From NCBI GenBank assembly GCA_032718475.1, contig JAUCBJ010005789.1, forward strand, positions 1 through 50,428: a stretch of 50,428 nt of DNA. Direction: 5' to 3'. Position numbers and translations under genes: made by a program. Position 1 is the stretch's first letter; every line of letters begins with the position of its first letter. Source of the stretch: Nemertoderma westbladi (taxonomy: Eukaryota; Animalia; Xenacoelomorpha). Below the pieces are notes generated by a model. That model searched no databases, was not told the origin of the DNA, and saw nothing but the letters and a program-made list of their open reading frames with translations. This document shows positions 22,001-33,900 of the stretch, one piece after another.

Positions 22001-25000
22001 GGAGGTAGATGGATTGGGTGGATAAGGGATGTCGGAGGTAGATGGATTGGGTGGACAGGGAATGTTGGAGGTAGATGGATTGGGTGGACAGGGGATGTCA
22101 GAAGTAGATGGAGTGGGTGGACAGGGGATGTTGGAGGTAGATGGATTGGGTGGACAGGGGATGTTGGAGGTAGATGGAGTGGGTGGACAGGGGATGTCAG
22201 AAGTAGATGGAGTGGGTGGACAGGGGATGTTGGAGGTAGATGGATTGGGTGGATAAGGGATGTCAGAGGTAGATGGATTGGGTGGACAGGGGATGTTGGA
22301 GGTAGATAGAGTGGGTGGACAGGGGATGTCAGAAGTAGATGGAGTGGGTGGACAGGGGATGTTGGAGGTAGATGGATTGGGTGGATAAGGGATGTCGGAG
22401 GTAGATGGATTGGGTGGACAGGGGATGTTGGAGGTAGATGGAGTGGGTGGACAGGGGATGTCAGAAGTAGATGGAGTGGGTGGACAGGGGATGTTGGAGG
22501 TAGATGGATTGGGTGGATAAGGGATGTCGGAGGTAGATGGATTGGGTGGACAGGGGATGTTGGAGGTAGATGGATTGGTTGGACAGGGGATGTTGAAGGT
22601 AGATGGAGTGGGTGGACAGGGGATGTCAGAAGTAGATGGAGTGGGTGGACAGGGGATGTTGGAGGTAGATGGATTGGGTGGATAAGGGATGTCGGAGGTA
22701 GATGGATTTGGTGGACAGGAGGTGTTGGAGGTAGATGGATTGGGTGGACAGGGGATGTTGGAGATAGATAGATTGGATGGACAGGGGATGTCAGAAGTAG
22801 ATGGATTGGGTGGACAGGGGATGTCAGAAGTAGATGGAGTGGGTGGACAGGGGATGTTGGAGGTAGATGGATTGGGTGGATAAGGGATGTCGGAGGTAGA
22901 TGGAGTGCGTGGACAGGGGATGTCAGAAGTAGATGGAGTGGGTGGACAGGGGATGTTGGAGGTAGATGGATTGGGTGGATAAGGGATGTCGAAGGTAGAT
23001 GGATTGGGTGGACAGGAGGTGTTGGAGGTAGATGGATTGGGTGGACAGGAGGTGTTGGAGGTAGATGGAGTGGGTGGACAGGGGATGTTGGAGGTAGATG
23101 GATTGGGTGGATAAGGGATGTCGGAGGTAGATGGATTGGGTGGACAGGGGATGTTGGAGGTAGATGGAGTGGGTGGACAGGGGATGTCAGAAGTAGATGG
23201 AGTGGGTGGACAGGGAATGTCGGAGGTAGATGGATTGGGTGGACAGGGGATGTTGGAGGTAGATGGATTGGTTGGACAGGGGATGTTGAAGGTAGATGGA
23301 GTGGGTGGACAGGGGATGTCAGAAGTAGATGGAGTGGGTGGACAGGGGATGTTGGAGGTAGATGGATTGGGTGGATAAGGGATGTCGGAGGTAGATGGAG
23401 TGGGTGGACAGGGGATGTTGGAGGTAGATGGATTGGGTGGATAAGGGATGTCGGAGGTAGATGGATTGGGTGGACAGGGGATGTTGGAGGTAGATGGAGT
23501 GGGTGGAAAGGAGGTGTTGGAGGTAGATGGAGTGGGTGGACAGGGGATGTTGGAGGTAGATGGAGTAGATGAACAGGGTGTGTCGGGGGTAGATTGAATG
23601 GGTGGACAGGAGGTGTTGGAGTTAGATGGATTGGGTGGATAAGGATGTCGGAGGTAGATGGATTGGGTGGACAGGGGATGTTGGAGGTAGATGGAGTGGA
23701 TGGACAGGGGATGTCGAGATTGATGGAGTGGGTGGACAGGGGATGTTGGAGGTATATGGAGTGGGTGGACAGGGGATGTCGGAGGTAGATGGAGTGGAAT
23801 GACAGGGAATGTCGAGATTGATGGAGTGGGTGGACAGGGGATGTTGGAGGTAGATGGATTGGGTGGACAGGGGATGTCGAGGGTAAATGGAGTAGATGAA
23901 CAGGGGATGTCGGAGGTAGATGAAGTTGGTGGGCGGGGGGATGTCGAGATTGATGGAGTGGATGGACAGGGGATGTTGGAGGTAGATGGATTGGGTGGAC
24001 AGGGGATGTTGGAGGTAGATGGAGTAGATGAACAGGGTGGGTCGGGGGTAGATTGAATGGGTGGACAGGAGGTGTTGGAGGTAGATGGAGTGGGTGGACA
24101 GGGGATGTCAGAAGTAGATGGAGTGGGTGGACAGGGGATGTTGGAGGTAGATGGATTGGGTGGACAGGGAATGTTGGAGGTAGATGGAGTGGGTGGACGG
24201 GGATGTCAGAAGTAGATGGAGTGGGTGGACAGGGGATGTTGGAGGTAGATGGATTGGGTGGATAAGGGATGTCGGAGGTAGATGGATTGGGTGGACAGGG
24301 AATGTTGGAGGTAGATGGATTGGGTGGACAGGGGATGTCAGAAGTAGATGGAGTGGGTGGACAGGGGATGTTGGAGGTAGATGGATTGGGTGGACAGGGG
24401 ATGTTGGAGGTAGATGGAGTGGGTGGACAGGGGATGTCAGAAGTAGATGGAGTGGGTGGACAGGGGATGTTGGAGGTAGATGGATTGGGTGGATAAGGGA
24501 TGTCAGAGGTAGATGGATTGGGTGGACAGGGGATGTTGGAGGTAGATAGAGTGGGTGGACAGGGGATGTCAGAAGTAGATGGAGTGGGTGGACAGGGGAT
24601 GTTGGAGGTAGATGGATTGGGTGGATAAGGGATGTCGGAGGTAGATGGATTGGGTGGACAGGGGATGTTGGAGGTAGATGGAGTGGGTGGACAGGGGATG
24701 TCAGAAGTAGATGGAGTGGGTGGACAGGGGATGTTGGAGGTAGATGGATTGGGTGGATAAGGGATGTCGGAGGTAGATGGATTGGGTGGACAGGGGATGT
24801 TGGAGGTAGATGGATTGGTTGGACAGGGGATGTTGAAGGTAGATGGAGTGGGTGGACAGGGGATGTCAGAAGTAGATGGAGTGGGTGGACAGGGGATGTT
24901 GGAGGTAGATGGATTGGGTGGATAAGGGATGTCGGAGGTAGATGGATTTGGTGGACAGGAGGTGTTGGAGGTAGATGGATTGGGTGGACAGGGGATGTTG

Positions 25001-26900
25001 GAGATAGATAGATTGGATGGACAGGGGATGTCAGAAGTAGATGGATTGGGTGGACAGGGGATGTCAGAAGTAGATGGAGTGGGTGGACAGGGGATGTTGG
25101 AGGTAGATGGATTGGGTGGATAAGGGATGTCGGAGGTAGATGGAGTGCGTGGACAGGGGATGTCAGAAGTAGATGGAGTGGGTGGACAGGGGATGTTGGA
25201 GGTAGATGGATTGGGTGGATAAGGGATGTCGGAGGTAGATGGATTGGGTGGACAGGAGGTGTTGGAGGTAGATGGATTGGGTGGACAGGAGGTGTTGGAG
25301 GTAGATGGAGTGGGTGGACAGGGGATGTTGGAGGTAGATGGATTGGGTGGATAAGGGATGTCGGAGGTAGATGGATTGGGTGGACAGGGGATGTTGGAGG
25401 TAGATGGAGTGGGTGGACAGGGGATGTCAGAAGTAGATGGAGTGGGTGGACAGGGAATGTTGGAGGTAGATGGATTGGGTGGACAGGGGATGTTGGAGGT
25501 AGATGGATTGGTTGGACAGGGGATGTTGAAGGTAGATGGAGTGGGTGGACAGGGGATGTCAGAAGTAGATGGAGTGGGCGGACAGGGGATGTTGGAGGTA
25601 GATGGATTGGGTGGATAAGGGATGTCGGAGGTAGATGGATTTGGTGGACAGGAGGTGTTGGAGGTAGATGGAGTGGGTGGACAGGGGATGTTGGAGATAG
25701 ATAGATTGGATGGACAGGGTATGTCAGAAGTAGATGGATTGGGTGGACAGGGGATGTCAGAAGTAGATGGAGTGGGTGGACAGGGGATGTTGGAGGTAGA
25801 TGGATTGGGTGGATAAGGGATGTCGGAGGTAGATGGAGTGGGTGGACAGGGGATGTTGGAGGTAGATGGAGTGGGTGGACAGGGCATGTCAGAAGTAGAT
25901 GGAGTGGGTGGACAGGGGATGTTGGAGGTAGATGGATTGGGTGGATAAGGGATGTCGGAGGTAGATGGATTGGGTGGACAGGGGATGTTGGAGGTAGATG
26001 GATTGGTTGGACAGGGGATGTTGAAGGTAGATGGAGTGGGTGGACAGGGGATGTCAGAAGTAGATGGAGTGGGTGGACAGGGGATGTTGGAGGTAGATGG
26101 ATTAGGTGGATAAGGGATGTCGGAGGTAGATGGATTTGGTGGACAGGAGGTGTTGGAGGTAGATGGATTGGGTGGACAGGGGATGTTGGAGATAGATAGA
26201 TTGGATGGACAGGGGATGTCAGAAGTAGATGGATTGGGTGGACAGGGGATGTCAGAAGTAGATGGAGTGGGTGGACAGGGGATGTTGGAGGTAGATGGAT
26301 TGGGTGGATAAGGGATGTCGGAGGTAGATGGAGTGGGTGGACAGGGGATGTCAGAAGTAGATGGAGTGGGTGGACAGGGGATGTTGGAGGTAGATGGATT
26401 GGGTGGATAAGGGATGTCGCAGGTAGATGGATTGGGTGGACAGGAGGTGTTGGAGGTAGATGGATTGGGTGGACAGGAGGTGTTGGAGGTAGATGGATTG
26501 GGTGGACAGGGGATGTTGGAGATAGATAGATTGGATGGACAGGGGATGTCAGAAGTAGATGGATTGGGTGGACAGGGGATGTCAGAAGTAGATGGAGTGG
26601 GTGGACAGGGGATGTTGGAGATAGATAGATTGGATGGACAGGGGATGTCAGAAGTAGATGGATTGGGTGGACAGGGGATGTCGGAGGTAGATGGAGTGGG
26701 TGGACAGGGGATGTCAGAAGTAGATGGAGTGGGTGGACAGGGGATGTTGGAGGTAGATGGATTGGGTGGATAAGGGATGTCGGAGGTAGATGGAGTGGGT
26801 GGACAGGAGGTGTTGGAGGTAGATGGAGTGGATGAACGGGGGATGTTGGAGGTAGATGGAGTGGATGGACGGGGGATGTTGGTGTTGGTAGATGGAGTTA
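13030..26900. repeat. 33-bp G-rich minisatellite (GAGGTAGATGGAGTGGGTGGACAGGGGATGTTG)n, roughly 420 copies, with 2.2-2.5-kb higher-order repeats
   Basis: Unit read directly. A diagnostic variant block recurs at 14178, 16551, 19055, 21559 and 23799. Confidence 0.97.
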
Positions 26901-27238
26901 TAAAGGATTTGATAATGTTTATGATCTGGATGGAGAGAATAACATCGTACCAACAGTTAGCATATCCACGAAATCAGGGGATTTTGCATGGTAATGCCAC
27001 ACCACCAGCACAAAGCAGATGTCGATCTCCCGATGATAGACGTATTTGGGACTCTCATAAACACGCATTGCGCGATGCTGGTTGCAAATATAAGTGCAAG
27101 TTAGGCTGTAAAGAGAAGATGAATGGTGAACATCATCAGGATATTCAAGATAGCTACTGGAGTTTACATAGTAATGAACGTAAGCAGCTTCTAATGAGTT
27201 TTTTGAAAAAGTTTTTACTACATATTTCTCTGGTATAA
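26900..27238 (+). pseudogene. Transposase N-terminal remnant (Sola-like Cys motif)
   Basis: GCKYKCKLGCKEKMNGEHHQDIQDSYWSLHSNERKQLLMSF resembles the C-x-C-x3-C...I...(F/Y)W.L...Q motif I recall from Sola1-type transposases. It is truncated right afterwards and has no catalytic core. Confidence 0.5.
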
Positions 27239-28498
27239 TTTTGACATTAAATATAAATGCACAAGAATTAAACACCTATATTTCACTCCAGCCGTAAATC
27301 AAAAGTAATTCAACGGTAGTAAAATCACCCTATGTAAATTGGTGATATGCAAAACACCCTAACAATTGCAATTCGTCGACCGTAAAAACACCCCATGCGA
27401 AAATTTTCATTATTGTGATATGCAAAGCACCCTACCGATATTTCTTATCTCAGTGCTTAATGCCATGCGAATGAAAATTTAATTACTTTGATATCAACAA
27501 ATTTTCCAATCTTTCCTCTTCCTGAACATATACGGGTCTAAATCTCACGATTTCATGATTCATTATAGCAAACCGCCGAAGTCGAAGTCCATTTACTCAA
27601 AACATGATTTTTTGCGATAGGGTGTTCCGACGACGGCCTTCTGACGGCATAATTGTTTTAGCAACTACATGCTAATTATTCTGCTGTATCTTAACCCTAT
27701 TTATATTTTACAGTGCACTATTAGTTCACTATTATATGTAAGTAAGTAGTTAGGCTTTTATTATCATATCTTATTCCGATTTAGGATTTGGATTAATATT
27801 TTCTGTATCCTACTGGTAGTATATTTGGCTGATGATGATTTATACCGTAGTAAATATTAAATCGAAACTTTCCGCATACCGATAATTAAATTATCCTATT
27901 TTTTCATTCCCTTTTTTATAATAATTTTAAAACCATGGAATTTGGTTAGGGACGTTTTCATGGTCGGTGATTTCGTTTCTGATATCATCAGTGTTCCTGT
28001 TTGCCAAAAACTAGTCAGTCTGTCTTTCGAAATACCACCGACCAATGTGTTTTATTACATTGTAATAAAGCAGACATCTAACTTACATTTTCGATGTGGT
28101 GTGGTATGAATGGGCTATTATTGGGGGTTTTCTTAGTGGTGATATAATTTGCAATTTCAGTTTTATGTTTTATCTTTCTATGTCAGGATTCAGGCAACAG
28201 ATTTGTTATGTTAAAATAATTTTATTTTGATTTTTATGCTATCATGCCATAGTAGGTAGAACCGTAAACTAAACAGGTTGAGAAGCAGTACATATCTGGA
28301 ATCCTCATGACAAATTCTGTACAAAAATCGATCAAAAACTGTAATTTATTATAATTTTTGCATAAAAAAAGGCGACCCCCTAACCCGTATTAGATGAATT
28401 AATGTTCTATAGAACTACTTATCATCCCCAAGCGATCTACCCTTATCTCTGTTGATTTATTGAACTAGTTTAACCGCTTTGTTTGCTTTGTTTTCCAG

Positions 28499-28606
28499 CA
28501 AGCTCTACCCGATATCAAAGTACACGCCTACTTCGCGCCGGTCACGCCCCCTCTGTCTGTAGGCGGCAACCGACAACGGTACTGCAAGTGCTGCGCGTTG
28601 CTATGA
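28499..28606 (+). CDS. FBXL20: FBXL2/FBXL20 family last coding exon with C-terminal CaaX box
   Basis: ttttccAG|QALPDIKVHAYFAPVTPPLSVGGNRQRYCKCCALL*; VHAYFAPVTPP and a terminal CaaL are family hallmarks. Confidence 0.96.
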   Translation, partial: QALPDIKVHAYFAPVTPPLSVGGNRQRYCKCCALL

Positions 28607-28722
28607 CAATCAACTGGGTTACGGATGCGAATTATGTTGCCATGGCGACAAGTTCAACTACCAATAATTGCAATATTGTATAACAAATAATAATATCTTG
28701 AGTGAGATTCACTTACGACCAT

Positions 28723-29967
28723 GCCAGCTACCCTATACAGCCAGCTACCCTATATAGCCAGCTACCGGCCTAGATAGCCAGCTACAGCTACCCTAGCCAG
28801 CTACCCTATATAGCCAGCTACCCTATATGGCCAGCTACCCTATATAGCCAGCTACCCTATATAGCCAGCTACCCTAGCCAGCTACCCTATATGGCCAGCT
28901 ACCCTATATAGCCAGCTACCCTATATAGCCAGCTACCGGCCTAGATAGCCAGCTACAGCTACCCTATATAGCCAGCTACCCTATATGGCCAGCTACCATA
29001 TATAGCCAGCTACCCTATGGCCAGCTACCCTATATAGCCAGCTCCCCTATATGGCCAGCTACCCTATATAGCCAGCTACCCTATATAGCCAGCTACCCTA
29101 TATAGCCAGCTACCCTATATATAGCCAGCTACCGGCCTAGATAGCCAGCTACAGCTACCCTAGCCTGCTACCCTATATAGCCAGCTACCCTATATGGCCA
29201 GCTACCATATATAGCCAGCTACCGGCATAGATAGCCAGCTACAGCTACCCTAGCCAGCTACCCTATATAGCCAGCTACCCTATATGGCCAGCTACCCTAT
29301 ATAGCCAGCTACCCTATATAGCCAGCTACCCTATATAGCCAGCTACCCTATATAGCCAGCTACCCTATATAGCCAGCTACCCTATATAGCCAGCTACCCT
29401 ATATGGCCAGCTACCATATATAGCCAGCTACCCTATATAGCCAGCTACAGCTACCTTAGCCAGCTACCCTATATAGCCAGCTACCGGACTAGATAGCCAG
29501 CTACAGCTACCCTAGCCAGCTACCCTATATAGCCAGCTACCCTATATGGCCAGCTACCATATATATCCAGCTTCCCTATATAGCCAGCTACAGCTACCTT
29601 AGCCAGCTACCCTATATATCCAGCTACCGGACTAGATAGCCAGCTACAGCTACCCTAGCCAGCTTCCCTATATAGCCAGCTACCCTATATGGCCAGCTAC
29701 CCTATATAGCCAGCTACCCTATATGGCCAGCTACCCTATATAGCCAGCTACCGCTACCCTAGCCAGCTACCCTATATAGCCAGCTACCCTATATGGCCAG
29801 CTACCCTATATAGCCAGCTACCCTATATAGCCAGCTACCCTATATAGCCAGCTACCCTATATAGCCAGCTACCCTATATAGCCAGCTACCCTATATGGCC
29901 AGCTACCCTATATAGCCAGCTACCGCTACCCTAGCCAGCTACCCTATATAGCCAGCTACCCTATATA
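28723..29967. repeat. 17-bp minisatellite (GCCAGCTACCCTATATA)n, about 70 copies with variant units
   Basis: Unit read directly. The array starts about 117 bp after the FBXL stop codon. Confidence 0.96.
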
Positions 29968-30935
29968 TTACTGTCTACTGACTAAATATTATTAATTTGT
30001 GTTAACCGCTGTAAATCGTGTTGATGAGTCCTGTTAGCCTTAATAATTGCCGTTGTCATCGCCAACACTGCCAATCATTTAGTTAATTACATTCTTACTA
30101 ACTCGATTGTACAAAATGAATATGTTTAGATCGATTTTTGAAAAAAAATTAAGTAAATCAGTTAAACACGACTGGTAATATTTTGAGAAATATGGTTTTG
30201 ATTTTTCGGCAATATCTAGTGATGATGATGACATAATTTATTATAAATTAATTATTAATAATTAAGTATAATTAATTATAAATTAATGTTATAATTAATT
30301 AATTCGATTTTAAGAAACCCAGAGCATCAAGGGTATGTAGGCTCATCAGCTGTGTACTTTTTGATACCATATGGTGGATATCAATTCTATTCCTTTTCGT
30401 TGTATTTTCTCTATTTTTATATCTTTTTAAATTTTGGGTGCTTTTGTTTATTTGCTTTATTTCCATCCGTATTAGACGTAGACCAGTTGTTGTTGTACAT
30501 TGTAGCCGGTGGGTGTAATTACAAATAGCAATGTTCTGGGAAAAGGTAATTTTAAATGGGGTCATTATTACACTAGATCAAGACCAACGTAACAAAGTCC
30601 TTCAAATGTCATACCGGTAACTCAATTTATTATTATTGGACATCCAGAGTTTTTTTTAATTTAATATCCCGTACGAATAAATGACAGTAAATACTTCTTC
30701 CCGCCGCAGGGTTGCCATCGCTTGGAATACCTGGAATAATAGTCAGGCAATTTTATTTTTACTTGAAATGTCAGGGGATTATTGTAAGAATTGGACTTAT
30801 CTGGTAATTTCATATAATTTATGTATACAGGACATGTGTCATAATCGAAATTGTGTAAAAAAATTGTGCCCGCTTCATTCGCGATTCCATTTTCTCGCAC
30901 ACTAAATATATGAAGGTACACTCTATTACGTAGCC

Positions 30936-33900
30936 TAAGTGTCATAAGTCCAAGACAATTCCACACTTTAAGACATGCTATTTACCGGTGAAGTTTTGAA
31001 CACTTTGCCTTTAACAAATTATTATTGGACGTGAGGATTAGTGCGAGGTAAAGTGAAGCCCTATATCCCAGCGGATCTACTTTTTACTGCATAATATATT
31101 CAGTTAGAAGACATGTCCGCTAACTTAGAAGACAACTCTCCTAACTCTCAATATATTCACTATTCAGTTAGAAGACATGTCCGCTAACTTAGAAGACAAC
31201 TCTCCTAACTCTCAATATATTCACTATTCAGTTAGAAGACATGTCCGCTAACTTAGAAGACAACTCTCCTAACTCTCAATATATTCACTATTCAGTTAGA
31301 AGACATGTCCGCTAACTTAGAAGACAACTCTCCTAACTCTCAATATATTCACTATTCAGTTAGAAGACATGTCCGCTAACTTAGAAGACAACTCTCCTAA
31401 CTCTCAATATATTCACTATTCATTCAGTTAGAATACATGTCCGCTAACTTAGAAGACAACTCTCCTAACTCTCACAATATATTCACTATTCAGTTAGAAG
31501 ACATGTCCGCTAACTTAGAAGACAACTCTCCTAACTCTCAATATATTCACTATTCAGTTAGAAGACATGTCCGCTAACTTAGAAGACAACTCTCCTAACT
31601 CTCAATATATTCACTATTCAGTTAGAAGACATGTCCGCTAACTTAGAAGACAACTCTCCTAACTCTCAATATATTCACTATTCAGTTAGAAGACATGTCC
31701 GCTAACTTAGAAGACAACTCTCCTAACTCTCAATATATTCACTATTCAGTTAGAAGACATGTCCGCTAACTTAGAAGACAACTCTCCTAACTCTCAATAT
31801 ATTCACTATTCAGTTAGAAGACATGTCCGCTAACTTAGAAGACAACTCTCCTAACTCTCAATATATTCTCTATTCAGTTAGAAGACATGTCCGCTAACTT
31901 AGAAGACAACTCTCCTAACTCTCAATATATTCACTATTCAGTTAGAAGACATGTCCGCTAACTTAGAAGACAACTCTCCTAACTCTCAATATATTCACTA
32001 TTCATTCAGTTAGAAGACATGTCCGCTAACTTAGAAGACAACTCTCCTAACTCTCAATATATTCACTATTCAGTTAGAAGACATGTCCGCTAACTTAGAA
32101 GACAACTCTCCTAACTCTCAATATATTCTCTATTCAGTTAGAAGACATGTCCGCTAACTTAGAAGACAACTCTCCTAACTCTCAATATATTCACTATTCA
32201 GTTAGAAGACATGTCCGCTAACTTAGAAGACAACTCTCCTAACTCTCAATATATTCACTATTCAGTTAGAAGACATGTCCGCTAACTTAGAAGACAACTC
32301 TCCTAACTCTCAATATATTCACTATTCAGTTAGAAGACATGTCCGCTAACTTAGAAGACAACTCTCCTAACTCTCAATATATTCACTATTCATTCAGTTA
32401 GTAGACATGTCCGCTAACTTAGAAGACAACTCTCCTAACTCTCACAATATATTCACTATTCAGTTAGAAGACATGTCCGCTAACTTAGAAGACAACTCTC
32501 CTAACTCTCAATATATTCACTATTCAGTTAGAAGACATGTCCGCTAACTTAGAAGACAACTCTCCTAACTCTCAATATATTCACTATTCAGTTAGTAGAC
32601 ATGTCCGCTAACTTAGAAGACAACTCTCCTAACTCTCAATATATTCACTATTCAGTTAGAAGACATGTCCGCTAACTTAGAAGACAACTCTCCTAACTCT
32701 CAATATATTCACTATTCATTCAGTTAGAAGACATGTCCGCTAACTTAGAAGACAACTCTCCTAACTCTCAATATATTCACTATTCAGTTAGAAGACATGT
32801 CCGCTAACTTAGAAGACAACTCTCCTAACTCTCAATATATTCACTATTCATTCAGTTAGAAGACATGTCCGCTAACTTAGAAGACAACTCTCCTAACTCT
32901 CAATATATTCACTATTCAGTTAGAAGACATGTCCGCTAACTTAGAAGACAACTCTCCTAACTCTCAATATATTCACTATTCAGTTAGTAGACATGTCCGC
33001 TAACTTAGAAGACAACTCTCCTAACTCTCAATATATTCACTATTCAGTTAGAAGACATGTCCGCTAACTTAGAAGACAACTCTCCTAACTGTCAATATAT
33101 TCACTATTCAGTTAGAAGACATGTCCGCTAACTTAGAAGACAACTCTCCTAACTCTCAATATATTCACTATTCAGTTAGAAGACATGTCCGCTAACTTAG
33201 AAGACAACTCTCCTAACTCTCAATATATTCTCTATTCAGTTAGAAGACATGTCCGCTAACTTAGAAGACAACTCTCTTAACTCTCAATATATTCACTATT
33301 CAGTTAGAAGACATGTCCGCTAACTTAGAAGACAACTCTCCTAACTCTCAATATATTCACTATTCAGTTAGAAGACATGTCCGCTAACTTAGAAGACAAC
33401 TCTCCTAACTCTCAATATATTCACTATTCAGTTAGAAGACATGTTCGCTAACTTAAGACAACTCTCCTAACTCTCAATATATTCACTATTCAGTTAGAAG
33501 ACATGTCCGCTAACTTAGAAGACAACTCTCCTAACTCTCAATATATTCACTATTCAGTTAGAAGACATGTCCGCTAACTTAGAAGACAACTCTCCTAACT
33601 CTCAATATATTCACTATTCATTCAGTTAGAAGACATGTCCGCTAACTTAGAAGACAACTCTCCTAACTCTCAATATATTCACTATTCAGTTAGAAGACAT
33701 GTCCGCTAACTTAGAAGACAACTCTCCTAACTCTCAATATATTCACTATTCAGTTAGAAGACATGTCCGCTAACTTAGAAGACAACTCTCCTAACTCTCA
33801 ATATATTCACTATTCATTCAGTTAGAAGACATGTCCGCTAACTTAGAAGACAACTCTCCTAACTCTCACAATATATTCACTATTCAGTTAGAAGACATGT

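Larger units (their letters stand above)
12575..27640 (+). mobile_element. Decayed DNA transposon (probably Sola-like) whose interior is the 33-bp array
   Basis: Imperfect inverted ends GAACACCCTAT (about 12583) and ATAGGGTGTTC (about 27617). ACCCTAT/ATAGGGT motifs repeat at 12715-12840 and 27325-27435. A transposase-like remnant lies at about 27050-27200. Exact termini and TSD were not resolved. Confidence 0.55.

Noticed and set aside
21868-25887. 1339-aa Pro/His-rich ORF and the many EVDG/GWTG ORFs between 12894 and 26953
   Set aside because: They are translations of the 33-bp repeat. The C-rich strand simply lacks stops, and the frame switches at monomer indels.
28483-28683. ORF-track 66-aa ORF
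   Set aside because: It is the wrong frame; the conserved FBXL C-terminus is in another frame of the same bases.
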